Origin: Planctomycetota bacterium
GTDB lineage: Bacteria; Planctomycetota; PLA2; JAEUHO01
Assembly: GCA_050248855.1 (NCBI GenBank)
Contig: JBFWRP010000045.1
Span: forward strand, 1-21,304
Direction: 5' to 3'
Length of the DNA stretch: 21,304 nt
This document shows positions 7,521 to 20,940 of the stretch, in pieces. The position numbers and the translations under genes were made by a program. Position 1 is the first letter of the stretch. The number at the start of each line of letters is the position of its first letter. A model generated the notes under the pieces. It was given only the letters and a program-made list of their open reading frames with translations. It searched no databases and was not told the DNA's origin.

Positions 7521-9745
7521 CAGGGGATCCGCTCCAGGCGGGCGTGGCGCAACAGCAGCTGCCGTCGCCCATGGCCCTCGAAGTCCACGGTGACGCGGGT
7601 GTCCTCGCCGCGTCCCCCCACGTCGAACAGCACGCCCTCGCCGAAGTAGGGATGCTGGACGCGGTCGCCGACCGTCCACGCCGAGCCGACTTCACGCACG
7701 ACGTCACCTTCGATGCCGGGCACCGGGGGCAGCGCCACCGAAGCGGTGAGCGGCGGGGCGAATGCCGGACGCGGACTCGGCGACCACGAACCGCCCCACG
7801 AGGGCGCCCGGTCGACCACGTCGACGTCCGCAGGCGGCAGGTCGTCGAGGAAGGGACTGGGCAGACGACGCTCGAACCCGCGATACGTGGCACGCGAGGC
7901 GGCGAACGTGAGAACGAGCTCGTCCTCGGCGCGGGTCATGGCCACGTAGAACAAGCGGCGCTCTTCCTCGACGCCGCCCTGCTCGTCGATGCTGCGCACG
8001 TGCGGGAACCATCCGTTCTCGGCGCCCGCCACGATGACGCAGGGGAACTCGAGCCCCTTGGCGGCGTGCGCGCTCATCAGCTGGACGCGACCGCCGTCCT
8101 CCTCGACGTCGTCCTGTTCGCTGACCAGCGCCGCACGCTCCAGGAACGTGGAGAGGTCCACGTCGGGCTCGCGCTCGTCCAGCTGGCGCGCGAACGCCAC
8201 GAGCTCGTCTACGTTCTCGACGCGGCTTCGCTCGAGCTCGTCGTGGCTGGCCTCCAGCGCCTCCTTGTAGCCGCTGCCCTCGGCCAACAGGGCGAGGACG
8301 GCAGCGACCGGACGCCGCGGCTGGGCCCGCGCGCGGTCCAGGAGCTCGGAAAGCGCCCGCAGGCCCCGCAGGGCCTTGCCCGAGACGCCCGCGGCCGCCG
8401 CCTCCCGCGCCGCCTCGGCGATGGGCACGCCCAGCTCGAAGGCCCGCTGGCGGATCTTGACGAGGCTCGTGTCCCCCACGCCACGGCGCGGCACGTTGGC
8501 GATGCGCAGGAACGACACGTCGTCGGCCGGGTTCTCGACCAACCGGGCGTAGGCGAGCAGGTCCTTGACCTCGCGCCGCTGGAAGAACTCGGTGCCCGCC
8601 ACGATGCGGTACGGCAGCGAGCGCTCGCGCAGCGCCAGCTCGAGGGCGCGGGACGCGGCGTTCACGCGGTAGATCACCGCCACGTCGTCGGGACGACGCC
8701 CGGCCTCGATCCAGCGCTGGATGCGCGCGGCCACGAGGCGCCCTTCGTCGTCGGCATCGCCGGCGCGATGGACTTCGACGGGCGGGCCGCCGTCCTTGGA
8801 GGTGACGAGCCGCTTGGCGTGCCGCTCGGCGTTGCGGGCGATGACCGCTTCGGCGCACGACAGGATGCGACCGGTCGAACGGTAGTTGCGCTCGAGCACG
8901 ACCGTGCTGCCGCCGCCGAGATCTTCCTCGAACGCCAGGATGTTGCCGATGGTGGCACCGCGCCAGCGGTAGATGCTCTGGTCGGGATCCCCGACGACGG
9001 TGAGGCTTCCACCGGGCGGCACGAGCTGCAGCAGCAAGTCGCGTTGCACGCGGTTGGTGTCCTGGTACTCGTCCACGAGCACGTGGCGGAAACGGTCGCG
9101 AAGGAGGTCCCCCACGCCCTCGCCGTCGACGAGCACCCGCACCGACTCGAGCAGCAGGTCGTCGAAGTCGAGGAGGCTGGCCGCACGCAAACGCTCGGCG
9201 TAGCGCGCCGCGATCGCTTCGAACACCGGCTCCAGCCCCGAGCGGTCCAGGGCGAGCGGCGCGCGCCCGCTGCTGCCGTTCTTGAGCCAGCTGAGCTGCG
9301 CCGCGACGGCCGGTACGCGCAGGCGTCCCTCGCCCGGCGCGATCTCCTCCAGGATCAGCTTCAGCAAGCGGTGCTGGTCGTCGCGATCGAGGATCGTGAA
9401 GCGCGTGTCGATGCCGATCGCAGCGCCGTGGCGACGCAGCAGCCAGGCCCCGAAACCGTGGAAGGTCCCCGCGTAGACGGACTCGCCTCCGGGCAGCGCC
9501 CCGAGGCGCTCCTTGAGCACCCGGGCCGCCTTGTTCGTGAAGGTGATGGCCAGGACGGACCAGGGCGAGGCCCCCTGGTGCACCAGCCAGGCGACCCGGC
9601 GCGTCAGGACGCGGGTCTTGCCCGTGCCGGCGCCGGCCACCACCCGGAGCGGCCCGGGGGGGGCCGTGACCGCGGCCCGCTGGGCTTCGTTGAGGTCCGC
9701 GACCAGCCCGGACGGGTCTCCGGGGATGTAGGCCGCGTTCGCCAT
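7520..9745 (-). CDS. pcrA: UvrD/PcrA family ATP-dependent DNA helicase
   Basis: LNEAQ, AGAGTGKT, DEYQDTN, VGDPDQSIY.WRGA, LERNYRST, HAAKGLEF, EERRLFYVAMTRA, and the C-terminal Tudor-like VGDRVQHPYFGEG. Start chosen at ATG 9745. Confidence 0.93.
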   Translation of the reverse strand: MANAAYIPGDPSGLVADLNEAQRAAVTAPPGPLRVVAGAGTGKTRVLTRRVAWLVHQGASPWSVLAITFTNKAARVLKERLGALPGGESVYAGTFHGFGAWLLRRHGAAIGIDTRFTILDRDDQHRLLKLILEEIAPGEGRLRVPAVAAQLSWLKNGSSGRAPLALDRSGLEPVFEAIAARYAERLRAASLLDFDDLLLESVRVLVDGEGVGDLLRDRFRHVLVDEYQDTNRVQRDLLLQLVPPGGSLTVVGDPDQSIYRWRGATIGNILAFEEDLGGGSTVVLERNYRSTGRILSCAEAVIARNAERHAKRLVTSKDGGPPVEVHRAGDADDEGRLVAARIQRWIEAGRRPDDVAVIYRVNAASRALELALRERSLPYRIVAGTEFFQRREVKDLLAYARLVENPADDVSFLRIANVPRRGVGDTSLVKIRQRAFELGVPIAEAAREAAAAGVSGKALRGLRALSELLDRARAQPRRPVAAVLALLAEGSGYKEALEASHDELERSRVENVDELVAFARQLDEREPDVDLSTFLERAALVSEQDDVEEDGGRVQLMSAHAAKGLEFPCVIVAGAENGWFPHVRSIDEQGGVEEERRLFYVAMTRAEDELVLTFAASRATYRGFERRLPSPFLDDLPPADVDVVDRAPSWGGSWSPSPRPAFAPPLTASVALPPVPGIEGDVVREVGSAWTVGDRVQHPYFGEGVLFDVGGRGEDTRVTVDFEGHGRRQLLLRHARLERIP

Positions 9746-9754
9746 CGGCCCAGG

Positions 9755-9760
9755 ATTGTA
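9755..9760 (-). promoter_or_regulatory. Sigma70-type -10 element (TACAAT) 9 bp before the pcrA ATG; leaderless or near-leaderless mRNA
   Basis: AT-rich TTTACAAT stands out in GC-rich DNA; no SD between it and the ATG. Confidence 0.5.
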
Positions 9761-9942
9761 AAGCCAGCCTTCCCCTCGAGACAGCCCTCGCCCGGGCCCC
9801 AGCGGCCGTGGAGCCCAGGCATCGGGGACGCGCCGCGCTCCGGCCCGGCCCGGCCCGGGCCGAAAGTGGGCGGCGCCCCACCGCCCCCCTACCCTCTGTC
9901 CCCTTGCCGACCGGTGCGCCCGGTCCACGAGGAGATCTCGCC

Positions 9943-10194
9943 ATGCCCCGTGTCTGTCAGTTCAGCGGCAAGCGCACGCGTGCCGGCCGCCAGTACACGA
10001 CCCGCGGTCTGGCCAAGAGCAAGGGCGGCGTCGGCACCAAGATCACCGGCAAGACCAAGCGGATGTTCAAGCCCAACATCCAGAAGGTCCGCGCCGTCAT
10101 CGACGGTCGCACGGTGCGCGTGAAGGTTTCCGCGAAGCTCCTTCGCCGCGGCGTCATCACCAAGCCCGTCAAGCGCGTCCGCCCCGAGGCGTAA
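9943..10194 (+). CDS. rpmB: 50S ribosomal protein L28
   Basis: MPRVCQFSGK...RGLAKSKGGVG...TKRMFKPNIQ...VKVSAKLLR; RBS AGGAG upstream. Confidence 0.95.
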   Translation: MPRVCQFSGKRTRAGRQYTTRGLAKSKGGVGTKITGKTKRMFKPNIQKVRAVIDGRTVRVKVSAKLLRRGVITKPVKRVRPEA

Positions 10195-10224
10195 GAGGCT
10201 GAGCAGCGCTGCGGCCTCAGCCTC
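10195..10224 (+). terminator. Stem-loop directly after the rpmB stop (possible terminator or 3' stabiliser)
   Basis: GAGGCTGAG (10195-10203) pairs with CTCAGCCTC (10216-10224); no U-tract. Confidence 0.45.
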
Positions 10225-10315
10225 CCAGGTGCCCGCTGGCGCCCGCTTCGCGTAGCCGACCTCTGGCGATCCGGTCACTCGATCGATCCGCCGGCGCGGC
10301 GCCTCGATGATCCGC

Positions 10316-10321
10316 TAGACT
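10316..10321 (+). promoter_or_regulatory. Possible -10 element (TAGACT) for the efflux operon
   Basis: TAnnnT hexamer upstream of GGAGG (10330-10334) and the OMF start. Confidence 0.3.
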
Positions 10322-10390
10322 CCGGCCACGGAGGTGCTGGCCGCGATGCAGCAAAGGCGACGTGGGATCCACGCCGGCCGTGTTCCCTGC

Positions 10391-11773
10391 ATGCGGGTGG
10401 GTGGCGCGCGTCGTCCCGGCCTCGTGCTGCTGGCCTGGGCGGCCGGCCTCGCGCTCTCCGGCTGCTTCCATCCGCCCGCAGGTCGCACCCCCGACATGCC
10501 GCTGCCTGCCCAGGCGGCCTTCGTCGCGTCGGGCGACACGGCCCTGGCAAGCTGCTGGTGGAGGGCGCTCGGGGACGCCGGTCTGGACACCCAGGTCCAA
10601 CGGGCGCTGACCGCCAACCGCGACCTCCTCGGCAAGTGGCACGCGGTCCGCGAGGCACGCGCCGTGGCGCGCCGCACGCGCGCCCAGCGCTCGCCCCGCC
10701 TCGACGTCACCTCGGACGCCTCCGTGTCGCGCTCGTCGCGGGACGACGAGGACGGCTTCGGGATCGGCGCGGCGGCCGCGTTCGAAGTCGATCTCCACGG
10801 CAAGCTGGCGGCGGCCTGGCACGCCGACGTGCTGCTCGCTCGGGCCCGGCTCTCCGACCACCGGACCGCGGCGCTGTCCCTGAGCGCCGAGGTCGCGCGC
10901 ACGTGGTACCGATTGGCCGAGGCCGAGGCCCAGGCGGGCTTGGCGCGCGAGCAGGTGGCGACCAACCACCAGATCCTCGGCCTGATGGAGCCGCGCGTCG
11001 CCGCCCAGCAGCTGCGCAGCGTGGACCTGCTGCGCCAAGAGGGCCTGGTCGAGGCCACGCGCGAGCGCATCATCGACGCCGAAGCCGACGCCCAGCTGCT
11101 CCGTCATGAGCTGGCCGTCCTGGTGGGTGGACTCGCCGGCGCCGCCGAGGACGGTCCCCCACCGGCCCTCGTGGCCCTCCCCGAGCTGCCGGCGACCGGC
11201 GTGCCCATCGAGCAGCTCCGCGGACGACCGGACGTGCAGGCCGCCGCCGAACGCGTCATGGCCGCGGACCAGGAGCTGGGTGTGGCGCTTCGCGATCGCT
11301 ATCCCCGCCTGGAGCTGTCCGCCGTGTCAGGCTCGGCCGATGCCGTGTTCCGCGAGTTCGTGGCGACGTTTGCCGCAGGCCTCCTGGGCCCCGTGCTCGA
11401 TGGAGGCCACCGCCGCGCCGAGGTCGATCGCACGCGCGCCCAACGCGACCGGCTGTGCGCGGACTACGCGCAGACCGTGCTCGTGGCGTTCCGCGAGGTG
11501 CAGGACGCGCTCGTGGAAGAGCGCCGCCAGCGCGACCGCCTGGAGAGCCTCGCGCGCCAGCTCGACGTGAGCGAGCAGGCCTCGACGCGTCTGCGCGAGG
11601 ACTACCTCGCCGGCCAGGGCAGCTACCTGGACGTGCTCTCGGCCCTCACCGACGAGCAGGAGATCCGACGCGAGCAGCTCGAGACGCGCCGTCTCGTGCT
11701 CGAAGCGCGGATCGGCCTGTACCGCGCCCTGGCCGGGAGCACGGGGTTCTGCTGCAAGGAGGACATGCCGTGA
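10391..11773 (+). CDS. Efflux outer-membrane factor lipoprotein (TolC/OprM/NodT family)
   Basis: Lipobox LALSG-C, plus FEVDLHGKL, RGRPDVQAA, AFREVQDAL and LYRALAG motifs. Alternative start at ATG 10346. Confidence 0.9.
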   Translation: MRVGGARRPGLVLLAWAAGLALSGCFHPPAGRTPDMPLPAQAAFVASGDTALASCWWRALGDAGLDTQVQRALTANRDLLGKWHAVREARAVARRTRAQRSPRLDVTSDASVSRSSRDDEDGFGIGAAAAFEVDLHGKLAAAWHADVLLARARLSDHRTAALSLSAEVARTWYRLAEAEAQAGLAREQVATNHQILGLMEPRVAAQQLRSVDLLRQEGLVEATRERIIDAEADAQLLRHELAVLVGGLAGAAEDGPPPALVALPELPATGVPIEQLRGRPDVQAAAERVMAADQELGVALRDRYPRLELSAVSGSADAVFREFVATFAAGLLGPVLDGGHRRAEVDRTRAQRDRLCADYAQTVLVAFREVQDALVEERRQRDRLESLARQLDVSEQASTRLREDYLAGQGSYLDVLSALTDEQEIRREQLETRRLVLEARIGLYRALAGSTGFCCKEDMP

Positions 11774-13178
11774 CGCGCGTCGGACAGGTCCTGCTCTGCC
11801 TGCTCTTGGCCGGCGGCGCGTACGCGACGATCCGCTGGATCCAGGCCACCGAGCCCACGGCCCAGCGCGGCGCGGCCGTAAAGGAAACGGCCATGCTCGT
11901 GGAGGTGGTCCCCGCCGAGCGCGGGACGTACTCGCCCGAGATCGTCGCGCTGGGGACGGTCGAGCCCGAGCGCGAGGTGCGGTTGGCGCCGCGCGTCGCC
12001 GGCGAGGTGCTCGAGCGCCATCCGCGCCTTGCACCGGGCAGCTTCGTCGATGCCCAGGACGAGCTCCTGACGATCGACCCCACCGACTACGCGACCGCCA
12101 AACGCGCGCGGGACGCCGATCACCTGGGGGCCGAAGCCGGCCGCGAACAAGCCCGTGCCGAGCTGGGCCGCGCGCGCGCGGCGCTGGACGAGATGCGTGC
12201 CGAAGTCGATCAGGCCCGAGCCGAAGTCGAACAGGCCGAGGCCGACTTGGAGGTGGAGCAAGGCCGCCGCGTCGTGGCGGAGCGCGACTTCGAGCTGCTG
12301 GAGGAGCGCTTCGACGAGACGCAGCGGCGCCTGGCCCTGCGCGAACCGCAGCTGGCGGCCGCCCGCGCGCGCATCGCCGTGGCCCGAGCTCGCGTCGCCG
12401 CGGGAGAGGCGCGGCTGGTGGCGGCGCAGGCCGAGATCACGGCGGCCGACGCCGCTCTCGCCGCGGCAGAAGCCCGTGTGCTCGCTACGGAGGCCGCCGC
12501 CGACCAGGCCCAGGCCGACTTCGATCGCACGACGATCGTCGCTCCCTTCGATGCGCACGTGCTCTCGCGCAGCGCCGACAAGGGCTCGCAGGTGTCGCCA
12601 GGCGACGAGATCGCCCACTTGGTGGGCACCGCCGAGTACCAGGTGATCGCAACGGTCCCGCTGGACAAGCTGCGCTGGATCCGCTTCCCTTCCAGTCCGC
12701 AGACCAAGGGCTCGCGGGTCACGATCCACCACGAAGCGGCCTGGGGCGAGGGCCGGCACCGCGAGGGTCACGTCGCACGCCTAGTCGGATCGCTGGATCG
12801 AACGACGCGCTTGGCGCGCGTCCTCGTCGTCGTCTCCGACCCGCTGGCCCGCATCCCGGATCCGGAGAATCCCGATCGTCCGCCCCTCATCGTGGGCGCC
12901 GTCGTGGAGGCCCGCATCCACGCGGAGCCACTCCCGGACGTCGTGCGCATCGACCGGCAGCTCGTCCGCCGCGACGACACGGTATGGGTCATGCGCGAGG
13001 GTCGTCTCGACATCCGTGACGTGGAGATCGAGTTCCAGGACCCGCACCACGCCTACATCCGGGCCGGCCTGGAGGCGGGGGAGTCCGTCGTCGTCACCAA
13101 CCTCGCCACCGTGGCCCGCGACGCGCCGCTGCGTACGCAGGGGCGCGGTGCGGCGGCTGCCGGGACCACGACGCGCCC

Positions 13179-13182
<4 letters not shown>
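11770..13182 (+). CDS. RND efflux periplasmic adaptor (membrane fusion protein)
   Basis: GTG overlaps the OMF stop (GTGA) with RBS AAGGAGGA. N-terminal hydrophobic anchor, LGTVEP...LAPRVAGEV, long helical hairpin, [18 protein letters not shown]. Confidence 0.9.
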
Positions 13183-16315
<3,133 letters not shown>

Positions 16316-16319
<4 letters not shown>

Positions 16320-17998
16320 CGCGTGCCGAAGACGCGGTCGAAGCGGTAGAAGTACTCGAGAGTCAAGATGCTGAACGTCGTCGCCGTCATGCGGCCACCC
16401 GGCAGCGCCATCTCCGCGGGCGGATCCCAGGATCCTTTGAAACAGCAGTAGTGGCCGTCCCGCCGCTGCGTTGCGGCGGCACGGTGCTCCAGCAGCTGCT
16501 TGAAGTGATCCCAGCCCCTGCCGCCGACCTCGAAGCTCACGACGGTGGCCAGGTAGCCATGCACGGGGTCCCAGGCGGCTTCTGGGTGCTGGAGGGCCTT
16601 GACGACCTCCAGCATCCCAGCGGCAAGTTGTCGTCCGTCTGCGCAGGCGGGATCGAGCGAGAGGCGGATCAGAAGTCCGCACGTCCTCCGGAGCTCACCC
16701 GGCTTGCCCTGATAGCCGTGTCCTTCCTTCAGGACGCGCGCGACAAGCGCCGCATCCAGCTCGAACGGCGCACGGCTTCCCTCGGCGGTCCGCTTGGCGA
16801 CGAGCGCCGCCGCCGCGTGGAGGGCCCGGGCCACGAGCGCGACCGCCACGACGTCATCGCCTGACGACCAGTAGGCGGGCCCCAGCGCGCGCAGCGCGCG
16901 TTGCGCGTGCTCGGCGAGGTCCATGCGGGACGTCGTGGCGCAGGCTTCCAGAAGAGCCATCGTGGCCAAGGCCTGGGTGGCGGCGCGGGACCACCCTGAC
17001 GCGGGAGCAAAGGCCCCATCGGCGGCTTGGTCGCCGAGCAGGCGATGGAGCCCCAGGCGCACGAAGGGTGCAAGCTCGTGGTCGCCGTCAGGCGTGTAGC
17101 CAACGCTGAAGAAGGCCAACAGCGCGAGCGCGGTCTCCGCTGCGTTGCGGACGGTTGCCGGATCGACGGACGCCTCGGCCGTCTTCATGCGCCGGCCCGC
17201 GCACAGCGCGAGCGCCGCCTCGTCGTCCCATGCGCCGGAGGGTGCTTGGTGCGAGGGCAGCCAGCGCAGCGGATGCATGGACATGTCGGCGTCCTCCGCG
17301 CCGCCCACCAGGAGGCGCGGCTGCCCGACGCCGGCACGCGAGGCGGCATCGACGAAGGCCACGACGGTGGTCGCCGGCAGCCCCGGGATGGCGCGTACGT
17401 CGACGGCATCCGGCGTTGCCGCACCGGTCCCGCGCAGGGCGTTGAGCGCCTCCTGCCACACGGAGAGGGAGGCCTCCTTCGACGTCCAAGCCAGGGGCGT
17501 CTCGCAGCCGCCCTCGATGACCCAGTCCAAGCCGACCGCCTGGGCGGTCAGCGCACCGAAGGGCCCCTCCAGGTGCAGGTCCAGTCCCACGCGGTCGGGT
17601 CCGTCCGCGCCACGCGGCCCGATCGCGACGGGCCCCGTCACGCCCTCCAGGCGCAGCAGCAGCTGGCAGCTCGCATCCAATCCGTCACGCGTGCGAAGGA
17701 GCTCGGCCTCGGCGCGCAACGACGCGCACACGCTGCCCCACGTCGCTTCCGACCCCACCGCGAGGCTTCCGGCCTCGGTCCGTGGCTGGGGCATCGGGGG
17801 TGTTCGCGCGAGGGCGCCCGCGGTGGGCCTCGCGTCGGCGACCCCCCTCAGGCTCGGGCCTCCTCCCTCATCCGCTGCGCCGACAGGCGCGGCCCCCAGC
17901 AGATCAAGTGTCGACGGCGCCCGCTCGGGCTCGCCGCACCCGAGGAGCGTGAGGGCGAGAGGCAACGCGAACAGAAACCGCCGAAAGGCCGAACCCAC
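16316..17998 (-). CDS. Putative lipoprotein with ExbD-like segment and prenyltransferase/squalene-cyclase-like repeat domain (paralogue 2)
   Basis: GTG start giving [20 protein letters not shown] (lipobox). QW-like repeats HQAPSGAW and [17 protein letters not shown], and GSWDP...[11 protein letters not shown]. Stop overlaps the RND stop (CTAG). Start position is inferred. Confidence 0.7.
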
Positions 17999-18065
17999 GG
18001 CGTCGTCAACGGGCGTCGGGCTGGCGGGTTCAGCCGGGCCGGCCGCAGCCCGGCTCCCCCGCGGC

Positions 18066-19778
18066 TCAGCGGCCTCCGGACGACACGAACAAGCGACGAT
18101 GCACACGGACGCGGTCGCGCGACATGCAGCCGAGAGCCGTCGCTGTGGTGCGCCCGCCCGGCAGCAGCATGCGCTCAGGCGGGTCCAGGGACCCGAGCTC
18201 GCAGCAAGGGTGACCCTCGTCGCGGGGAGATCTCGCGAGGCCCCCACCCCAAAGCTCGGATCGGAGCCGATCTCGCGGAGCACCACCGATCTCGTTGAGG
18301 GCCACGGCCGCGAGCCAAGCGTGCAGCGGATCGTGTTCGAGGCCTTGGTCCAGTAGGGCCTCGACGTGCCGCATGCCCGCTACGCGGAGGTCCGGTTCGT
18401 CCGCGCTCGAAGGATCGAGGGCGACACGCGTGACCAGTCCGCAGACCGCTCGCAGATCCCCAGCACCAACCGGCCAGGAGCGTCCCTTGGCCAGCACGAG
18501 CTGGACCACGTCCGCATCGACGGCGAGCGGCGCGTGCTGCCCGTCTGCCATGGCGTAGTGATTCAGGGTCTGGGCTCCACCCAACGTCATGGCCGCGAGC
18601 GCCGTGGCGAGGGCTTCATGGCCCGACGACTCCCAGACCGCACGCACGGCATCGAGGGCACGCTGCGCAGGGGCCTTGAAGACCGGGCTGCCCGTCAGAC
18701 CGTAGGCCTCGGTCATGGCCAAGGCCGCAAAGCCATGGGCCACGGCGTCGGACCAGCCGGGGGCTGCTGGGAACCGGCCGTCCGGCTCCTGCACGTTCCG
18801 GAGATGCCGGAGCCCCTTGCTGACCGTCTTCGCGAAGTCGTGGTCTCCGCGGTTCGTGTAGCCGGTGCCGAGGTAAGCGAGCAAGCAGAGACCCGTCTGG
18901 CCGGCGTTGACAGCCGTCGCAGGATCGGCCGGCAGCGTGTGGCCGCGCCTGACACGACCCCGGCAGTTGACTTCGGACACGGCCTCATCCCACGCCCCGG
19001 TCGGGGCCATGTGCAAGCTCAGCCACGTCAGCTCGCGCTCGGCGGCGTCGACGAATCGCTTGCGGCCCGATGGCACCTCGCCGAGCCGCACAGGCGGCAG
19101 GGCGGCCTCGCGCGCAGCGGCCAAGAAGGGCAGCACGGCTTCCGCGGGAAGATCCGGGTCGGCGCGGATCCGCACGGCGTCCTCATCGACCTCCGCGGTG
19201 CCTGCAAGACCCGCCAAGGCGGCATGCCACGGTGCCATCGAGACGCCGTTCTCGCGCCACGTGACACGTGCGTCGCACCCACCCTCCGTGATCCAAGCCG
19301 CACCGACGGCCTCGACGCGCGTGCGCGTGGGATGGCCGCCGATCTCGACGTCCAAGCCCGTGGGATCGGCGGCACCACGCTCCAGGGTGATGCGACCGAC
19401 GGCAACGAGACCGCACGCACCAGGTAGGAGCACGTGGACGCAGGCCTGCGAATCAAGGTCCTCGCGCTCTCGGGCCCGGGCCGCCGCCTCGCCGACGGCC
19501 TCCAGCACGGAACCCCATGTGGCCTCCGCTGGAATGACGACGCGCCCCACGTCATCTACATGCGCGCGCGGAGGCGGATCGATCGGGATGTGACCGGCCG
19601 TGCCGTCGGCGGGCGCGGGCCGGCCGACCAGCACCGGGCCGCTCTCCGCGGCCTCACGCGAAGCGCAAGTCGCAGCGGGGGCCGTCAGCTCGTCCGACCC
19701 CGGGCCGCTGCCGGTTCGGAACGCCAATCCCCAGAGCAGGACGGCCACGACCGCGATGCAGAGCAGAGCACGTCCCAC
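18066..19778 (-). CDS. Exported or membrane-anchored protein with ExbD-like segment and prenyltransferase/squalene-cyclase-like repeat domain (paralogue 1)
   Basis: GTG start giving GRALLCIAVVAVLLWGLAF. TGLCLLAYLGTGYTNRG...KGLRHLRNVQEPDGRF and ALAMTEAYGLTG. Colinear with 16316..17998. Start position is inferred. Confidence 0.72.
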   Translation of the reverse strand: MGRALLCIAVVAVLLWGLAFRTGSGPGSDELTAPAATCASREAAESGPVLVGRPAPADGTAGHIPIDPPPRAHVDDVGRVVIPAEATWGSVLEAVGEAAARAREREDLDSQACVHVLLPGACGLVAVGRITLERGAADPTGLDVEIGGHPTRTRVEAVGAAWITEGGCDARVTWRENGVSMAPWHAALAGLAGTAEVDEDAVRIRADPDLPAEAVLPFLAAAREAALPPVRLGEVPSGRKRFVDAAERELTWLSLHMAPTGAWDEAVSEVNCRGRVRRGHTLPADPATAVNAGQTGLCLLAYLGTGYTNRGDHDFAKTVSKGLRHLRNVQEPDGRFPAAPGWSDAVAHGFAALAMTEAYGLTGSPVFKAPAQRALDAVRAVWESSGHEALATALAAMTLGGAQTLNHYAMADGQHAPLAVDADVVQLVLAKGRSWPVGAGDLRAVCGLVTRVALDPSSADEPDLRVAGMRHVEALLDQGLEHDPLHAWLAAVALNEIGGAPRDRLRSELWGGGLARSPRDEGHPCCELGSLDPPERMLLPGGRTTATALGCMSRDRVRVHRRLFVSSGGR

Positions 19779-19812
19779 GAGGGATCGAACGCTGGCGCTC
19801 GGGGCGGGTTCG

Positions 19813-20940
19813 TCAGCGCCGGCGGCGACGACGCACGGGAGCAGGAGCCGCGGAGGCACCGGGCTTGTTGGCGGCGGCGGCGCGGGAGACGACGCCGGCG
19901 CCGGGCATGGGCTCGGAGAGGCGGGCGTGCTGGAGGGCCTTGACGATCGACTCGATCTCCTCGGCCAGCTCCTTGGCGCGGCCGCGGGCCGCGGGGTCCT
20001 TGGAGAGCAGGCGCGTGACGAGGGCGTCCGTGCGCGCGTCGATGCTGGGGTCCTCCTCCAGCACGGAGGGCACGGCGGCCGTGAGGTGCTGAGCCAGCAC
20101 GGAGGAGGCGTCCGGGCCGACGTACGGCGGACGGCCCGTGAGCATGTGGAACAACGTGGCGCCCAGGCTGTAGAGGTCGGTGCGTTCGTCGACCTTGCCG
20201 CCGCGGGCCTGCTCGGGGCTGATGTAGTCGGGCGTGCCCATGCGCCGCGCGTCGGCGTCGTCAAGCTCGAGGCGGGCGAGGCCGAAGTCGCTGAGCTTGG
20301 CCACGCCGTCCTTGGTCAAGAGGATGTTGGCGGGCTTCACGTCGCGGTGGATGAGGTTGGCCTTGTGGGCGTGGTCCAGTGCGCGCGCCATCTGCTGCCC
20401 GATGTGGAGCACGCGCTCCTCGTCCATGGCACCGCCCCGCTCGAGCAGGTCGGCCACGGTCAAGCCGTCGGCGTACTCCATGACGAGGTAGCGCACGCCG
20501 CCCGAATCGCCCACGTCGATGCCGCTGATGATGTTGGTGTGGTTGAGCCGCGCGACGGCACGGGCTTCCGTGAGGAAGCGCTGCACGTGCTCGTCGTCCT
20601 GCGCGAGGTCCGGGGAGAGCACCTTGATGGCGACGTCGCGGTCGAGCGACAGCTGGCGCGCCTTGTAGACGGCGCCCATGGCGCCCTCGCCAAGGCGGTC
20701 GAGCAGGCGGTAGCCGGCGATCTGCTCGCCGCCCGAGGCGCGGCGACGGCGGCGTTCGAGGTCGTCGTAGGTGTCCTGGTCGATGGCGCCGCGCTCGTGC
20801 AGGAGGGAGAGCAGCGTGCGCGCCTTGAGACCCATCGAGGACAGGCGGCCCTGGATCTCGCGGACATCCTCGACCTGCTCGGCGGTGAGCTGGCCGGCCT
20901 CCACGAGCTCGGCGATCAGGGCGTCCTCGCTGGCGTCCAC
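19813..20940 (-). CDS. Serine/threonine protein kinase (Hanks type), soluble
   Basis: LGEGAMGAVY, VAIKVL, HRDVKPANIL, DFGLAR, GTPDYISPEQ, DLYSLG; RBS GGAGGA; no TM segment. Confidence 0.95.
   Translation of the reverse strand: MDASEDALIAELVEAGQLTAEQVEDVREIQGRLSSMGLKARTLLSLLHERGAIDQDTYDDLERRRRRASGGEQIAGYRLLDRLGEGAMGAVYKARQLSLDRDVAIKVLSPDLAQDDEHVQRFLTEARAVARLNHTNIISGIDVGDSGGVRYLVMEYADGLTVADLLERGGAMDEERVLHIGQQMARALDHAHKANLIHRDVKPANILLTKDGVAKLSDFGLARLELDDADARRMGTPDYISPEQARGGKVDERTDLYSLGATLFHMLTGRPPYVGPDASSVLAQHLTAAVPSVLEEDPSIDARTDALVTRLLSKDPAARGRAKELAEEIESIVKALQHARLSEPMPGAGVVSRAAAANKPGASAAPAPVRRRRRR

Noticed and set aside
9841..9862. (CGGCC)n short repeat or hairpin in the pcrA-rpmB intergenic region
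   Set aside because: Too short and expected by chance at this GC content
18066..18130. Frameshift in the C-terminus of paralogue 1
   Set aside because: The tail aligns without gaps to paralogue 2 (TAT...RLF versus TAT...RVF), so it is divergence rather than a frameshift
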